DNA from: an uncultured delta proteobacterium
Lineage (GTDB): Bacteria > Myxococcota_A > Polyangia > Fen-1088
NCBI GenBank assembly: GCA_963755125.1
Contig: CAVWIP010000015.1
Span: forward strand, 192,001-256,000
DNA: 64,000 bases
Direction: 5' to 3'
The notes under the pieces are model-generated. The model was not told where the DNA came from, did not search any database, and worked only from the letters and a program-made list of their open reading frames with translations. This document shows, piece by piece, positions 31,867 through 42,010 of this stretch. Position 1 is the stretch's first letter. The number at the start of each line of letters is the position of its first letter. Position numbers and translations under genes: made by a program.

Positions 31867-32913
31867 ATGACGGTCGCGGGATCTCCCCCTGTTTCTCCAG
31901 CCGGTGACAGTACGGATGGCCGTTCGTCTTCGGCCGTGGAGTCCCTGCCGCTGGCAGTCTACTTGCTGGTCGAACCGACGGTGTCGGGCAAGAAAGTCCT
32001 CGACGTCGTACCCACGCCGGGCGGACCGGGGCTCGAGTTCCTACGACGCGCGGGCGCAGCGGACGCGATCTCATGCGTGCCCAACGGGCCCTCGCTGCCG
32101 GTTTCCGAGGCGGGGGTGGACATCGCACTGTGTGGCCTGCCTGCGGTTTGCTCGGATGAAGAGCGCGGCGTCTGGCTGGCTGAGCTTCGGCGCGTGCTGC
32201 GCCCAGGGGGCTTCTGTGTCTTGCGTTTGGCCACCGCTGCTCTTCGGGATCGTGCGCATGCAGGCGCAGGCACGCGCACGGCTTGCGCGGACCTCTTGCT
32301 CGCCTACTTCGCGACGGTGGACATTGTCGAAGAGACGCAGTTTGGAGGGGTGTCGTTCCACGTGCCAGGCACCGAAGATCTGGCGGTCAATGAATCCTTG
32401 ACCAGGCTGTCGGGCGCGGCCCGCCACTTCATTGCTTTGTGCGCCGACTGCGCGGAGCGTCCGTGGAACCTGAGCGAGAGCCTTCTGGTTCCGACCGATG
32501 TGGGGGATTCCGGCGGAGTGGGCACAGGCGGCGTATCGGCCGGGGAATTGGCTGCCTGGCAGGCCGAGGTGGCGCGGCTCGAAGAGCGGTGCGTGGAGTT
32601 GGCGCGCGAGCGCGATGGCGCGCGCGAGGACGCCATGACCCTTCAGGACCGTGCCGATCGGCTGGAGCGCACCGTCGCGGTCTTGCGCAAGGATGTCGAA
32701 CGCTACTTGCGCCAGATCAGCGACGAGGGGGCCGCGCGCGAGCTGCTTGCCCTGGAACGCGATGACCTGCGACGGAATCTGGCGGCCGCGACACAGAACG
32801 CCGTGGATGCCACCCGCGAGGTCGAAAGGCGGCAGGTCGCCCTGCGCACGCTGGAGAAGGAAGTCATCCGCTTGCGTGCGGCTCGTGGTGGGACGGGACG
32901 CCCGACCGGCTAG
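31867..32913 (+). CDS. Degenerate SAM-methyltransferase-like domain + coiled-coil protein
   Basis: GKKVLDV, LAELRRVLRPGG; C-terminal heptads. Confidence 0.65.
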   Translation: MTVAGSPPVSPAGDSTDGRSSSAVESLPLAVYLLVEPTVSGKKVLDVVPTPGGPGLEFLRRAGAADAISCVPNGPSLPVSEAGVDIALCGLPAVCSDEERGVWLAELRRVLRPGGFCVLRLATAALRDRAHAGAGTRTACADLLLAYFATVDIVEETQFGGVSFHVPGTEDLAVNESLTRLSGAARHFIALCADCAERPWNLSESLLVPTDVGDSGGVGTGGVSAGELAAWQAEVARLEERCVELARERDGAREDAMTLQDRADRLERTVAVLRKDVERYLRQISDEGAARELLALERDDLRRNLAAATQNAVDATREVERRQVALRTLEKEVIRLRAARGGTGRPTG

Positions 32914-32984
32914 GCCCGGCAGCGCGCGACGGCGACACGACTGCTTGACCTGGGCTATCCCGTCCACTAAGTTCTTCGATCTTC

Positions 32985-33071
32985 GCGGTCGTGGCGGAAC
33001 TGGTAGACGCGCCAGATTCAGGTTCTGGTGGTAGTAATACTGTGGGAGTTCAAATCTCCCCGACCGCACCA
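32985..33071 (+). tRNA. tRNA-Leu(CAG)
   Basis: GCGGTCG/CGACCGC acceptor, CCAGA-TTCAGGT-TCTGG anticodon arm, long variable arm, CCA encoded. Confidence 0.96.
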
Positions 33072-33134
33072 TAACCAAGCGAAATCGTTTAGTTTTTCTT
33101 TGTGGGGTCTTCAGTCTTTTTCTTGATCGGGGCG

Positions 33135-33166
33135 TGGGTAACTGCCTGGGTAACTCTTGGGTAACT
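33135..33166 (+). repeat. Three TGGGTAACT direct repeats (putative arm-type sites)
   Basis: Copies at 33135, 33147 and 33158, between the tRNA and the integrase stop. Confidence 0.65.
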
Positions 33167-33185
33167 CTGGAAGCAGGATTCTGGG

Positions 33186-33382
33186 CTAATTGGTGGTGGG
33201 GTAGGGGACCAGCGTTTCCATGGCCTGCAGGTGCTGCTGCTGGTCTGCCAGACCACGGTCTGCGTAGTGTCGGAAAGTGACTTCTTGGCTCTCATGGCCC
33301 AAGGCTTGCGAGGCCGCAGCTGGAGTAGCTGCAGCTACGAGGGCAAGGTCACCATGTGTGCCACGTAGACCGTGGGGTGAGC
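33186..33382 (-). pseudogene. Tyrosine integrase C-terminal remnant
   Basis: PHGLRGTH...ALGHES..VTFRHY (box II); upstream portion missing. Confidence 0.8.
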
Positions 33383-35538
33383 CGAACAAGCAGGTTGCCC
33401 AGTTCGATCTCTCAATCAACAACCCCAATGATCAACGTGGTCTGTACTTGCTCTCCGTGCCCGTTCCAAGCAGATTCACTGAGGGTTTGGCATTGGTAGC
33501 TACTGCCGTCTCTTCTCCACAGATCGCAGTGGCCGTATTCTCGGTTTTTTGATCAACCGCACCCGCAATTGCCGGGCTACTGATACCTAAGATCGGGGGC
33601 AACAAATACTCACTGTTTCTCCCGGTCATTGACTCAATCAGGGCTATTTCTATGTCCAGAACGGGAAAATCGGTTGCAGAAGGTGCCTTCACTTGCTCTA
33701 TTGGGAGCAAACAGCCATTGCCCGGAATAAGTGGCGGGAAGAAATAGGCAGACCAACGCTCAGAGCTTGGCGTAGAGCCCGTTTGTCAGGTCAGCAGGGG
33801 TTCCGGTAGCCTAAACAGACAAACGTCGTTCTAATCGCAAGCCAGTAAGCTACAGAGCTACTGTTCGGGTAGGTGTACGAGCCGGGGAGGTACGAACGCC
33901 AGGAGCTGTAGAATTCCGTGACGCTGGTCGACATGCATGATGAAGACAACGGTGGTGGGTCGATGAGCGGAAGTTCTGCCACTGAAGGATACGTGGCTGA
34001 AGGAAGCCAGGTTTACTGGGCGCAGTCGTCTTCGTTGCCACAGGCGTGCACCAGAACGTCAAGCGCGCAGAATCCGCGCTGCAGGGCTAAATTGAGGAGC
34101 TACGCCTCGGTTGGAAGGTAACGTCTCTGCCGCTTCGGCATCAGATACAGGGACGGCGGGAGCTGCTCTCTTCTGTGGATCAAAGATCGTCCAGGATGAG
34201 AGGGGACTTCGTAGGTTCCACGGAGGGAGAAACCCATGATCAAGGACGCAGCACTGAGCCCTGGATCGATCTTGGTGGTCCTGCGTGCCGTTGCCTTGGC
34301 TAGCCTCTTTGCTTGTACCAACAGCAAGTCTGGCGCGTCGGCCGATGCTTCGGGGCTGGGCGGAGCAGTGGACGCGGGTGGAAATTCGGCCACGGGCGGA
34401 ATGACCTCGACCGGAGGAGCCACCGCCATTGCCGGTAGCATGGCTGCTGGTGGCAGCAGCGGAACCAGTGGAGTCACCGCTGCCGGGGGATCCTCCATCG
34501 GTGTTGCCAACACGGGCGGCGGCGGGAACAGTGGAATGGGTGGGCTCTTTGCTAGTGGTGGGGCGAATTCGACCGGCGGCAACACGGTTAGTGGCGGCAG
34601 CAGTGGGCGCGACGGTGGCACTGGCTCGCCAGATGGCCCATCAACTGTCGACGGGCCCGCGAGCATTGACGGCCGGGCGAGCAGCGCGGATGCTGGCCCG
34701 ACGTTCCAGCTTCAGACTCCCAATCCTCTGTCGGTATCACCGGTCCTCGATCCGACGCATGCCACGGTCGCAGTCATCACTGCCACCGCAGGGGGATCGA
34801 TCACAGCCACCGCGGCCGACGGCACCATCTATATTTTGGCCATCCCGGCCGATGCCCTCCTCTTCGATACGGAGATCACGCTCACGCCCGTGACCAGCAT
34901 CGGCGGCCTTCCGTTCAGCGGCGGGCTTCAGGCTGCGGTACAGATTGCACCGGATGGTCTATATCTCTACCAAGTCGCGACTCTCAGCATCGCACCTGCG
35001 ACTGCGGTCCTGTCCAGCAAACAGATCGGATTTGGCTACTACGGCAGCGGCACGGAGTTCCATCTGGAGGCGCTGACCACAACCGGGCTCGTCTTCGGGA
35101 TCCAGCACTTCTCTGGATACGGTGCTGGTCTCGGGACCGCCGCCGACGTGAGCCAGCAGGAACTGCGTCCGCCCATCGCGCCGCTGGATCAGCTCGTACA
35201 GGTCATTGCGCAGCCGCTTTTCCTCGAGCGCCCGGCCACGATCGAACCAGATCCGCCACCTCTCCCCTCAGGCGTGGGCATCACGGAGGTCGCTGATGCG
35301 TACTACGAAGACGACCTGTTGCCAGACGCTGAAGACGCGCTGGCATCCGGCGATCCCGCCAGCATTATCGCTCTGCTTCCAGATGTCACCCATTTCGCCC
35401 AAGAATGTCAACAGATCGAGGACAACCCGACGATGATGGCTGCCCTTGACCTCGCAGACACAATGATCGACGAGTACGCCAACCTTGCAGATACGGATGT
35501 CGTAGCGGAATGCAACGCACTCTCGCCCTCGGAACTAA

Positions 35539-36424
35539 GAGCGAGCCTTCATGACTTGTGGAAAATTTGCGGGAGCCGCGAAGGCATGATGTCTACTGGT
35601 CTATGCAAACCAATTACTCCGATGTACCCGACGAACTGTGGGACCGGGTGAAACCGTGGATTCCACCGTGGAGGCGGAGTCCGCGCGGCGGACCTCATCG
35701 CCTGGACGACAGAAGAGTCTTTGCGGGAGTCGTCTATCGTCTTCGCACCGGTTGCCAGTGGGATGCTATCCCGCGCGAGTTCGGCAGCGGCAGCACGTGC
35801 TACCGACGGTTCGTCGAGTGGACCAACGCCGAGGTCTTCGAGAAGATTCACACCGAGGCGCTGTGCTACTACCACGACAAGTGCGGCCTCGACCTGGAGT
35901 GGGCATCGCTGGACAGCGCCTCGGTGAAGGCGCCAAAAGGGGGGACCTCACGGGTCCCAATCCCACTGATCGCGGAAAACTCGGCACCAAGCGCCATGTT
36001 CTGACCGACGGGCGCGGGATTCCCCTCGCCGTCACGCTGACCGGTGCCAACGTACACGACAAGTGGATGGTGGGCTCCACACTCGATGCGGTGCCTATCT
36101 ACGGATCGCGCGGACCACGACGTCCCGAGCACATCTGCCTGGACAAGGGCTACGACTACGACGACCCCGAGGAAGAGGCACGTGAGCGCGGTGTGAAGCC
36201 ACACATTCGCCGCCGCGGTGAGCCGCCTCTGGTTGGTTGTGTTCGCGGCAAACCGCGACGCTGGGTCGTCGAGCGCACAAACAGCTGGCACAACAACTTT
36301 CGCGGTTTGCGAATACGCTGGGAGCGAAAGGCAGAGAATTACGGTGCCCTTGTGTATCTGGCATGCGCAATTATCACTGTTCAGGCAGCTACTCGACAAA
36401 TCCACAGGTCATGACGGCTCGCTC
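35539..36424 (+). mobile_element. IS5-family element (886 bp)
   Basis: 24-bp IRs GAGCGAGCC(T/G)TCATGAC(T/C)TGTGGA; TAA target duplication. Confidence 0.92.
35603..36414 (+). CDS. IS5 transposase, two frames joined by probable programmed -1 frameshift
   Basis: OrfA (LRTGCQW..P..FG..STC..RF..W, LDSASVKAPKGG) and orfB (TGPNPTDRGKLGTKRH, DKGYD, RWVVERT) overlap at AAAAGGGGGG 35935-35944. Confidence 0.88.
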
Positions 36425-37448
36425 TAAGTGGGTACCAAGCCAACAGCGTGAGGCTGTCGCGCCTCTATCAGAGCACTGGCATGCCACAGACCCAGACAAC
36501 CGCGGATGTGAACAGGTTTATTACGGACCTTGCCACGTGCGAGATCTGCCCAAGCGGGTGCACAACCGGAACGCAGACCACTTGCTGTCAAAAGGGCTGC
36601 GTCGATCTCACGTCGGACCCCAATAACTGCGGTTTGTGCTCCAATGCATGTTCGAGTCAGCAACCGGCGTGCTGCTATGGAATTTGTCGCAACACCAGTT
36701 CGGATCCCAATAACTGTGGGGGGTGCGGCCATACTTGCAACGCTGGCGAGACGTGCACAGCCGGAATCTGCGGCACCGCGGGCGGATATGTTTGCATCGG
36801 AGGCATTGGCCTGATGGGCACGCCGCTGGTCGGGGCATCGCCGATCGGGACTCTCACAGTGACGATCAACGGCACAAAGACCACCTTGCCCATCTGTCCC
36901 GGGTTCGGTCGATGCGGGGTCAGCGCATATGATTTGACTGTCACGGCGGTGGCAGGCACGGGGGAGTCGGTCGCGGTCGACGTGTACGAACCCACGACGG
37001 GGTCCTTTCCTGCCAACAACACGACTGGTTCATCCAACTCGCTTTCGGTTACGCTCGCGAGCACTGGATCCACCATTGACTGTACAGACGTCCCGGGGGC
37101 CGGCGGAAGCATCAACGTGAGCGCGTTCACCACCTCGACGGGTGGCACGGTCTCGGGCACCTTCTCGGGAACCGTCTTGGACTGCTCGGGTCAAGGTGCG
37201 GGGGCCACGGTGACCCTTGACAATGGCAGCTTCTCTTGCCAGGTGAACGAGTAGCTCTTTTCCGGCATCAAACCGACGGAACACATGGTATTGCCCCTAC
37301 AAGCCGCCCAGCGCCCAGCAGAGACCGAGAACCCATAGGAGGAGTTCGGATGAGAGCGACTCTGCCCGAAGGCCGCCACCTCCACAAGGCAGCGGCGTCC
37401 TCCCAGAACCGTCTGCAGCGAATTCCGCACAAGGCCAAAATGGCCTGC

Positions 37449-38447
37449 ATGGTTGCCAGGCTGGGCCTCGTGCTCTTGTGTTTTTCTGTGGCGTGTTCGT
37501 TCAACACAAACGGAGTGCAGATCTTGACCGCTCATGACGCCGGGGGGACCGGGGGCGGCGGAAGTCAAGGTGCCCAATGCGTCCCCGGCGCTAGCGCAGA
37601 GTGCTATTGCCCCGCTGGCCAGCGGAGCGCCCAGACATGCACGGCGGCGGGCACCTTCGCGCCGTGTGTTTGCGTTGCGCCTGCATTGGACGCTGGGGGC
37701 GTAGGCGGCAGCGATGGCGCCACCACCAGCCTACCAGACGCCTCTACCACCACTGGCCGCAGCGACGCACGCGCTGCTACGGGAGGCACGGGTGGGGGAG
37801 GAACCACTGGCATTGTCGGAGGCACCACCAGCGAAGCGGGCGTGACCGGTACAATAGGAGGGAGCATCAGCACGTCCGGGGGTACGGTCGGCACTGGGGG
37901 TGCGACCGGCACCGCCGGAGTCGGGGCTGGCGGAAAGACGGAAGCTGGCGGCGGCCCGGGTGGAACGGGCGGGTGTCCACTGATCGCCTGCCCCGCGATA
38001 GCCTGTCTTGGCGGGACCCAGCCGAATCCCGATCCCTGCGGCTGTCCCATCTGCGGGCCGAGTCCTGATGCTGGCGTGGCGAAAGACGCTTCCCCACCTA
38101 CCGCGTGCCCCATGCTGGCAAGCTTGATTTCCACCGACGCTGCGCAACTCGGGTGGGCCGCCGGACGAATGCTCATCGCCTGCACTTACACGAACAACGT
38201 GTACGGAAGCTGCCTCAGCAACGACGCCACGGCATGCCCTGAAGTCGGGATAGTTGGGGGTTTGACGGTAGACTTGATCGGTTGCAGCAGCCTGTGCACA
38301 GCGGACCAGTACGGCTTGTCCTACGGCGGAGGAATTCCTAATGTGTCACCGCCGCCGTCGATCGACCTTCCCGCCGGATGCAAGCTCACGCTAGCCGTGC
38401 CATTTTCCAGCGTGGGCGGGACCTACTGCTGCCCCTGCGGAATGTGA
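37449..38447 (+). CDS. Gly-rich/Cys-rich mosaic lipoprotein
   Basis: MVARLGLVLLCFSVAC lipobox; three Cys modules separated by GGT linkers. Confidence 0.75.
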   Translation: MVARLGLVLLCFSVACSFNTNGVQILTAHDAGGTGGGGSQGAQCVPGASAECYCPAGQRSAQTCTAAGTFAPCVCVAPALDAGGVGGSDGATTSLPDASTTTGRSDARAATGGTGGGGTTGIVGGTTSEAGVTGTIGGSISTSGGTVGTGGATGTAGVGAGGKTEAGGGPGGTGGCPLIACPAIACLGGTQPNPDPCGCPICGPSPDAGVAKDASPPTACPMLASLISTDAAQLGWAAGRMLIACTYTNNVYGSCLSNDATACPEVGIVGGLTVDLIGCSSLCTADQYGLSYGGGIPNVSPPPSIDLPAGCKLTLAVPFSSVGGTYCCPCGM

Positions 38448-38632
38448 GTGCGCAGCGCTGGCGAGGGATGCTGTCCTAGCTTCGACCAGCATGGTCTGCA
38501 GTCAAGAGACTGATAGGCACGCCTCTAGCAGCTCGTCGCCGCGTGGACCTTCAGAGTATTGGGACGTAGTTGACGTAGTCTTCGTTCTGTGCGGTCGGGT
38601 CGAGGACCGGCGCGGTGGTGTGCAGAAGGCGC

Positions 38633-38890
38633 CCATCTGGCGTGGCACTTGATGAGCGTCATATTGCCAGTTAGCTATGCTCCCGCGAAATGGGACCGGC
38701 CCCACGAATCTGGGACACATGCACTGGGCTCCCGATATGTCGGCTGGTGAAAAATTCCGGGGGTAAGAATTCAAGCCGGTTGCCTAGCCTGAATCCGGGG
38801 ATCAAGAAGTCTCCTTCACCCTTGGTCAGTTTCTCACCCGGATGGTCGAATCGTAGCTGACCGCGCACCAGCACGTCGTCCCAAGCCTGT
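38633..38890 (-). repeat. Backbone repeat family A, copy 1 (3' end and downstream flank of the sigma-region-4-like gene)
   Basis: Shares CCATCTGG, AGTTAGCTATGC, GGTGAAAAATTC, AATTCAAGCCG and CTTGGTCAG with 59287-59483; the last two also at 60355-60467. Confidence 0.8.
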
Positions 38891-38970
38891 GTGCTATTCT
38901 TCCGACCCGCGAGGCAGAATTCGGTGCGGCCCAGGGGCGCCGTACAACTCACCAGACAGAGGAGACGACC

Positions 38971-39840
38971 ATGGTCAACTACATTTCGATTCTGGTATTC
39001 ATCGTTCTTGGGGCTGTGGGCGCAGCTGTCACCGGAATCGTGGCCCAGGCGGAGCCTTTTGCGGCTGGCATTGTCGGTGTGGTCTGGCTTCTGGCTGACA
39101 TCGTCCTGTCGTCCGGCATCAAGATGGCCGCTCAGTGGGAAAAAGTCGTGGTGTTCCGCATGGGCAAATACTGCACCATCAAGGGGCCCGGTCTTTTCTT
39201 CATCATCCCCATCGTGGAACAGGTGAGGTTCATCGACACCCGCGTTCTGACGCTGGATATTCCCACCCAACAGGTCATCACCAAGGACAACGTGCCGGTG
39301 AAGATCAACGGCGTCCTGTTCTTTCAGGTGGAGAACGTGGCCGACGCCATCATCAAGGTGCAAGACTACCGCTACGCGATCTCCCAATATGCCCAAACGT
39401 CGCTCCGCGACGTTATCGGGCAGATGACGCTGGATCAGCTTCTGGGGGAGCGCGAAGAAATCGGAAAAGCCATTGAGGCCAACGTGGAAAAGGACACCGA
39501 GGAGTGGGGGCTGGAGGTGAAGGGCATTCGCATCCAAGACATCGACATGCCCGAGGAACTGAAGAAGATGATGTCGCGACAGGCCTCGGCGGAACGTGAG
39601 AAGCGAGCCACCATTACCAAGGCGGAAGGCGACCGTGACGCTGCCATGAACCTGGCCGCGGCAGCCAAGACCATGGCCGAGAGCCCCGGAGCCATGCAGT
39701 TGCGAACTCTCCAGACCATCGACGGACTCGGCCCCACCGCCTCCAACACGGTCGTTTTGGCGGTACCAGTCGAAATGATGGAGGCGGTGAGAGGTGTGTC
39801 AGGTTACTTGAAGGAAAGGAAAGACAAGCCGACTGGCTGA
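38971..39840 (+). CDS. SPFH/stomatin (slipin) protein
   Basis: GPGLFFIIP, QQVITKDNV, AQTSLRDVIG, QASAEREKRA, AMQLRTLQT. Confidence 0.93.
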   Translation: MVNYISILVFIVLGAVGAAVTGIVAQAEPFAAGIVGVVWLLADIVLSSGIKMAAQWEKVVVFRMGKYCTIKGPGLFFIIPIVEQVRFIDTRVLTLDIPTQQVITKDNVPVKINGVLFFQVENVADAIIKVQDYRYAISQYAQTSLRDVIGQMTLDQLLGEREEIGKAIEANVEKDTEEWGLEVKGIRIQDIDMPEELKKMMSRQASAEREKRATITKAEGDRDAAMNLAAAAKTMAESPGAMQLRTLQTIDGLGPTASNTVVLAVPVEMMEAVRGVSGYLKERKDKPTG

Positions 39841-40027
39841 AGATCGAGCCCAGTGCACTTGACGGAACTCGACGAGCCGGGGTTAGTCGAGGTAGCACCA
39901 GTGGTCCATCAACGTCGGCGCGGAAAATGGGAGCCACCTGACGATGGACCACTCCGGCTTCTCGTGCGACCATTCATTCCAGCAGACCCTATTGGTTCGG
40001 CGGACGAACATTGACTGAGGAGAAACG

Positions 40028-40588
40028 GTGGTCTACTGGTCGATTCGAATCGCTGCTATCGCGCTCTGGGTGCAGGGCTTCGGGCTTGGATGGCTGGCTC
40101 TCCGGGAACATTCGCCCGTCAAGCTGATCGTCACGGCGATACTGGCGCTTTGGGGTGGCGCTGTCTGGTACCGGCGCGTTCTCGCGATAAGGATTCTGAT
40201 CCCAATCCTCGTGATGGTGGCCCTGCTGCTTCCCTTTGCGCTCATCAACCCTTTCCACGCGCTCGATGTCAAATCATCCGTGGCGGCGGAGCCTGGATTC
40301 GCGGCTCGCACTATCGGCAGCGCCATCGGCGGCTGTGCTCTAGCTGGTGCTTTGGCTATCTATCTGCTGCGAGCCTTGCGCAGCATCCAAGACCAGTCCG
40401 GTGGCACGGTGGCGTCCGCGGGAGCACGGTCCTTCTGGATCGGTGCGGTGACGTTCCTTGGAATAGTTTGGGTGATCCTGTTGGTGGGTTCGACCATTGG
40501 CTTCCTGCAGGTTGTTCGGGAGAGACAGACCACAGCGAGGACGCAGGGACAGTCCCGCCAAGCATCAACAAGGCCGCCCACACCCTGA
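40028..40588 (+). CDS. Hypothetical multi-TM protein
   Basis: GAGGAG RBS + GTG; ~5 TM helices. Confidence 0.6.
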   Translation: MVYWSIRIAAIALWVQGFGLGWLALREHSPVKLIVTAILALWGGAVWYRRVLAIRILIPILVMVALLLPFALINPFHALDVKSSVAAEPGFAARTIGSAIGGCALAGALAIYLLRALRSIQDQSGGTVASAGARSFWIGAVTFLGIVWVILLVGSTIGFLQVVRERQTTARTQGQSRQASTRPPTP

Positions 40589-40636
40589 GACCGACGGCAA
40601 GAGAAGAGTGAAGAGGTGACTCATGCGGCGGCTCCA

Positions 40637-40860
40637 TGGACAGTTCCTGGCTCGTCAATCCCATCACCACTAATGGTCCATGAACGGCGGCGGAAGAACA
40701 CAAGGCAAAGTTCGTATCAGCGACTCCACGTCCATGATGCTGTAGATTCTGATCTACACGACCCAGACCAACTGCCACCTCGTTGGTCGGGGATGGATGA
40801 TGGCAACAAGATCTTGTGTGTTGCCGACAGCACCTGCTGAAGCATCATGTGGCGGCGGAA
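40637..40860. repeat. Backbone repeat family D, copy 1
   Basis: Aligns with 54512-54745 (CTCGTCAATCC, ATGGTCCATGAAC, ACAAGGCAAAG, CAGCGACTCCA, CCAACTGCCA). Confidence 0.8.
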
Positions 40861-40983
40861 ACAAAGATCAAGTGTGACCACAGCCACTACGATCTTTGTG
40901 CTCGACCAAGCTGCTGTTCGATCTGACCAGACCCACTCTTGATGGTCTGAACATGGGTTCTGCTCTTGTAACGCGGCAAGCGA

Positions 40984-41135
40984 CTGGCTCTTGTACGCGG
41001 GGAAGAGAAGTTGAATAATTTCCAACAGATACAGTTACCCCTCCCGCAGATTTCAGGTCTCGCCTTATATAAGATAAGGCGACAGTCAGAAATTGCGGGA
41101 GCCCTGTAGTCCCCTTCTCCCGCGTACAAAGCCAG
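40984..41135. repeat. ~150-bp nested imperfect palindrome centred on TCGCCTTAT-ATAAG-ATAAGGCGA
   Basis: Paired arms 41060-68/41074-82, 41041-48/41094-101 and 40984-41005/41114-41135. Confidence 0.85.
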
Positions 41136-41362
41136 ACCACCTGGGTCCCGCCCTTTAAGTCGACAAGAGCGGCGGAAGAACGGGAACGAGAAGAATGGGG
41201 AGATTGGATCATTCAGGGTGATGAAGAAGGCCACCAGGTACACCATCGTCATGGCCACTTGATCCCGGGATGGCGATGCTCTCGCCCCCATGATCATCCA
41301 CCGAGCCTGGTGTTTTCCTGACGCGTGCTTCTAGGTAAAGTACCCGAGTGGTTGATCGAGTG
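41112..41362. repeat. Backbone repeat family G, copy 1
   Basis: 27 bp identical to 51444-51470; 33 bp (41234-41266) identical to 44801-44833. Confidence 0.85.
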
Positions 41363-41513
41363 CCCGTGGCTGCTGTGAGGACGAGGACTTCCTCCTGCGC
41401 GTTCTGGCAGCCACCCAGTGATGCCGAAAGATGTGATTTCCATGGAGTAGCTCCCGGACCGACAAGAGCCAGGTCGCGAAGTAGCCTGCAATGCCTTCCC
41501 GGCCATCGCGGCG

Positions 41514-41732
41514 TCACCTGTCGAGCTTCAATCCTCGAAAGAGTCTACGCCTTTTCTTTTCCCGCCATTGCCTTTGTTCTTCCGCCTTCTGCCTCTGCTC
41601 AAGCTTTGCTCTGAACAACTTGATCTCGTCCTCTCGTCTCTTCTCCCATCGCCGACGTCGGACCAGATATCCCACCATTGCGGACGCCAGTACGCCGCCA
41701 ATCAGGGCAATGGTCCACCCCGTGGCAATCAC
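41514..41732 (-). CDS. Small membrane protein with basic coiled-coil tail
   Basis: GTG start, one TM helix then an R/K/E-rich helix. Confidence 0.45.
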   Translation of the reverse strand: MIATGWTIALIGGVLASAMVGYLVRRRRWEKRREDEIKLFRAKLEQRQKAEEQRQWREKKRRRLFRGLKLDR

Positions 41733-42010
41733 TGTACGTCCTCGGGGATGATGGAAGCACGGTCTGTCAATCGCCAGGCCGATGGGGCCAGGGATTGACG
41801 TTTTCGCCAAGGTCATGGGGCCACCCGATCGCCAGGGTGATGGGGCCAGGGTCGCGGGTGATCGGGCCCTGAATCGCCAGGGTCATGGGGCCAGTCAATC
41901 GCCAGGGTCATGGGGCCAACCCGTGACCTAAGCGAAAGCTGACCTGGGCATCGAGGACCGAAGGCAAAACCGACCTTCAGGCGGCCGCGCGACGGCCGCC
42001 AGGAGGTCAC

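Larger units (their letters stand above)
34236..37254 (+). pseudogene. ~709-aa Gly-rich/Cys-repeat lipoprotein interrupted by IS5
   Basis: Lipobox LFAC. Removing the IS and one TAA rejoins ..SPSEL|SGYQANSVRLSRLY in frame with ORF 36448-37254, which has C.D..SDPNNCG.C...C repeats. Confidence 0.85.

Noticed and set aside
33385..34130. Lower-GC stretch with short ORFs on both strands
   Set aside because: No recognisable motif or convincing start; probably gene debris. The AGTAAGCTACAG match to family F at ~33845 is too short to count.
41041..41101. Protelomerase telRL site or chromosomal dif
   Set aside because: The centre is not a perfect palindrome, no protelomerase is present and there is no XerD-type TTATGTTAAAT arm; kept only as a generic recombinase-like site.
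41765..41920. Five ~20-bp repeats with short spacers resembling a CRISPR array
   Set aside because: They are IS21 terminal repeats: inverted copies lie at the other end, spacers are far too short and there are no cas genes.
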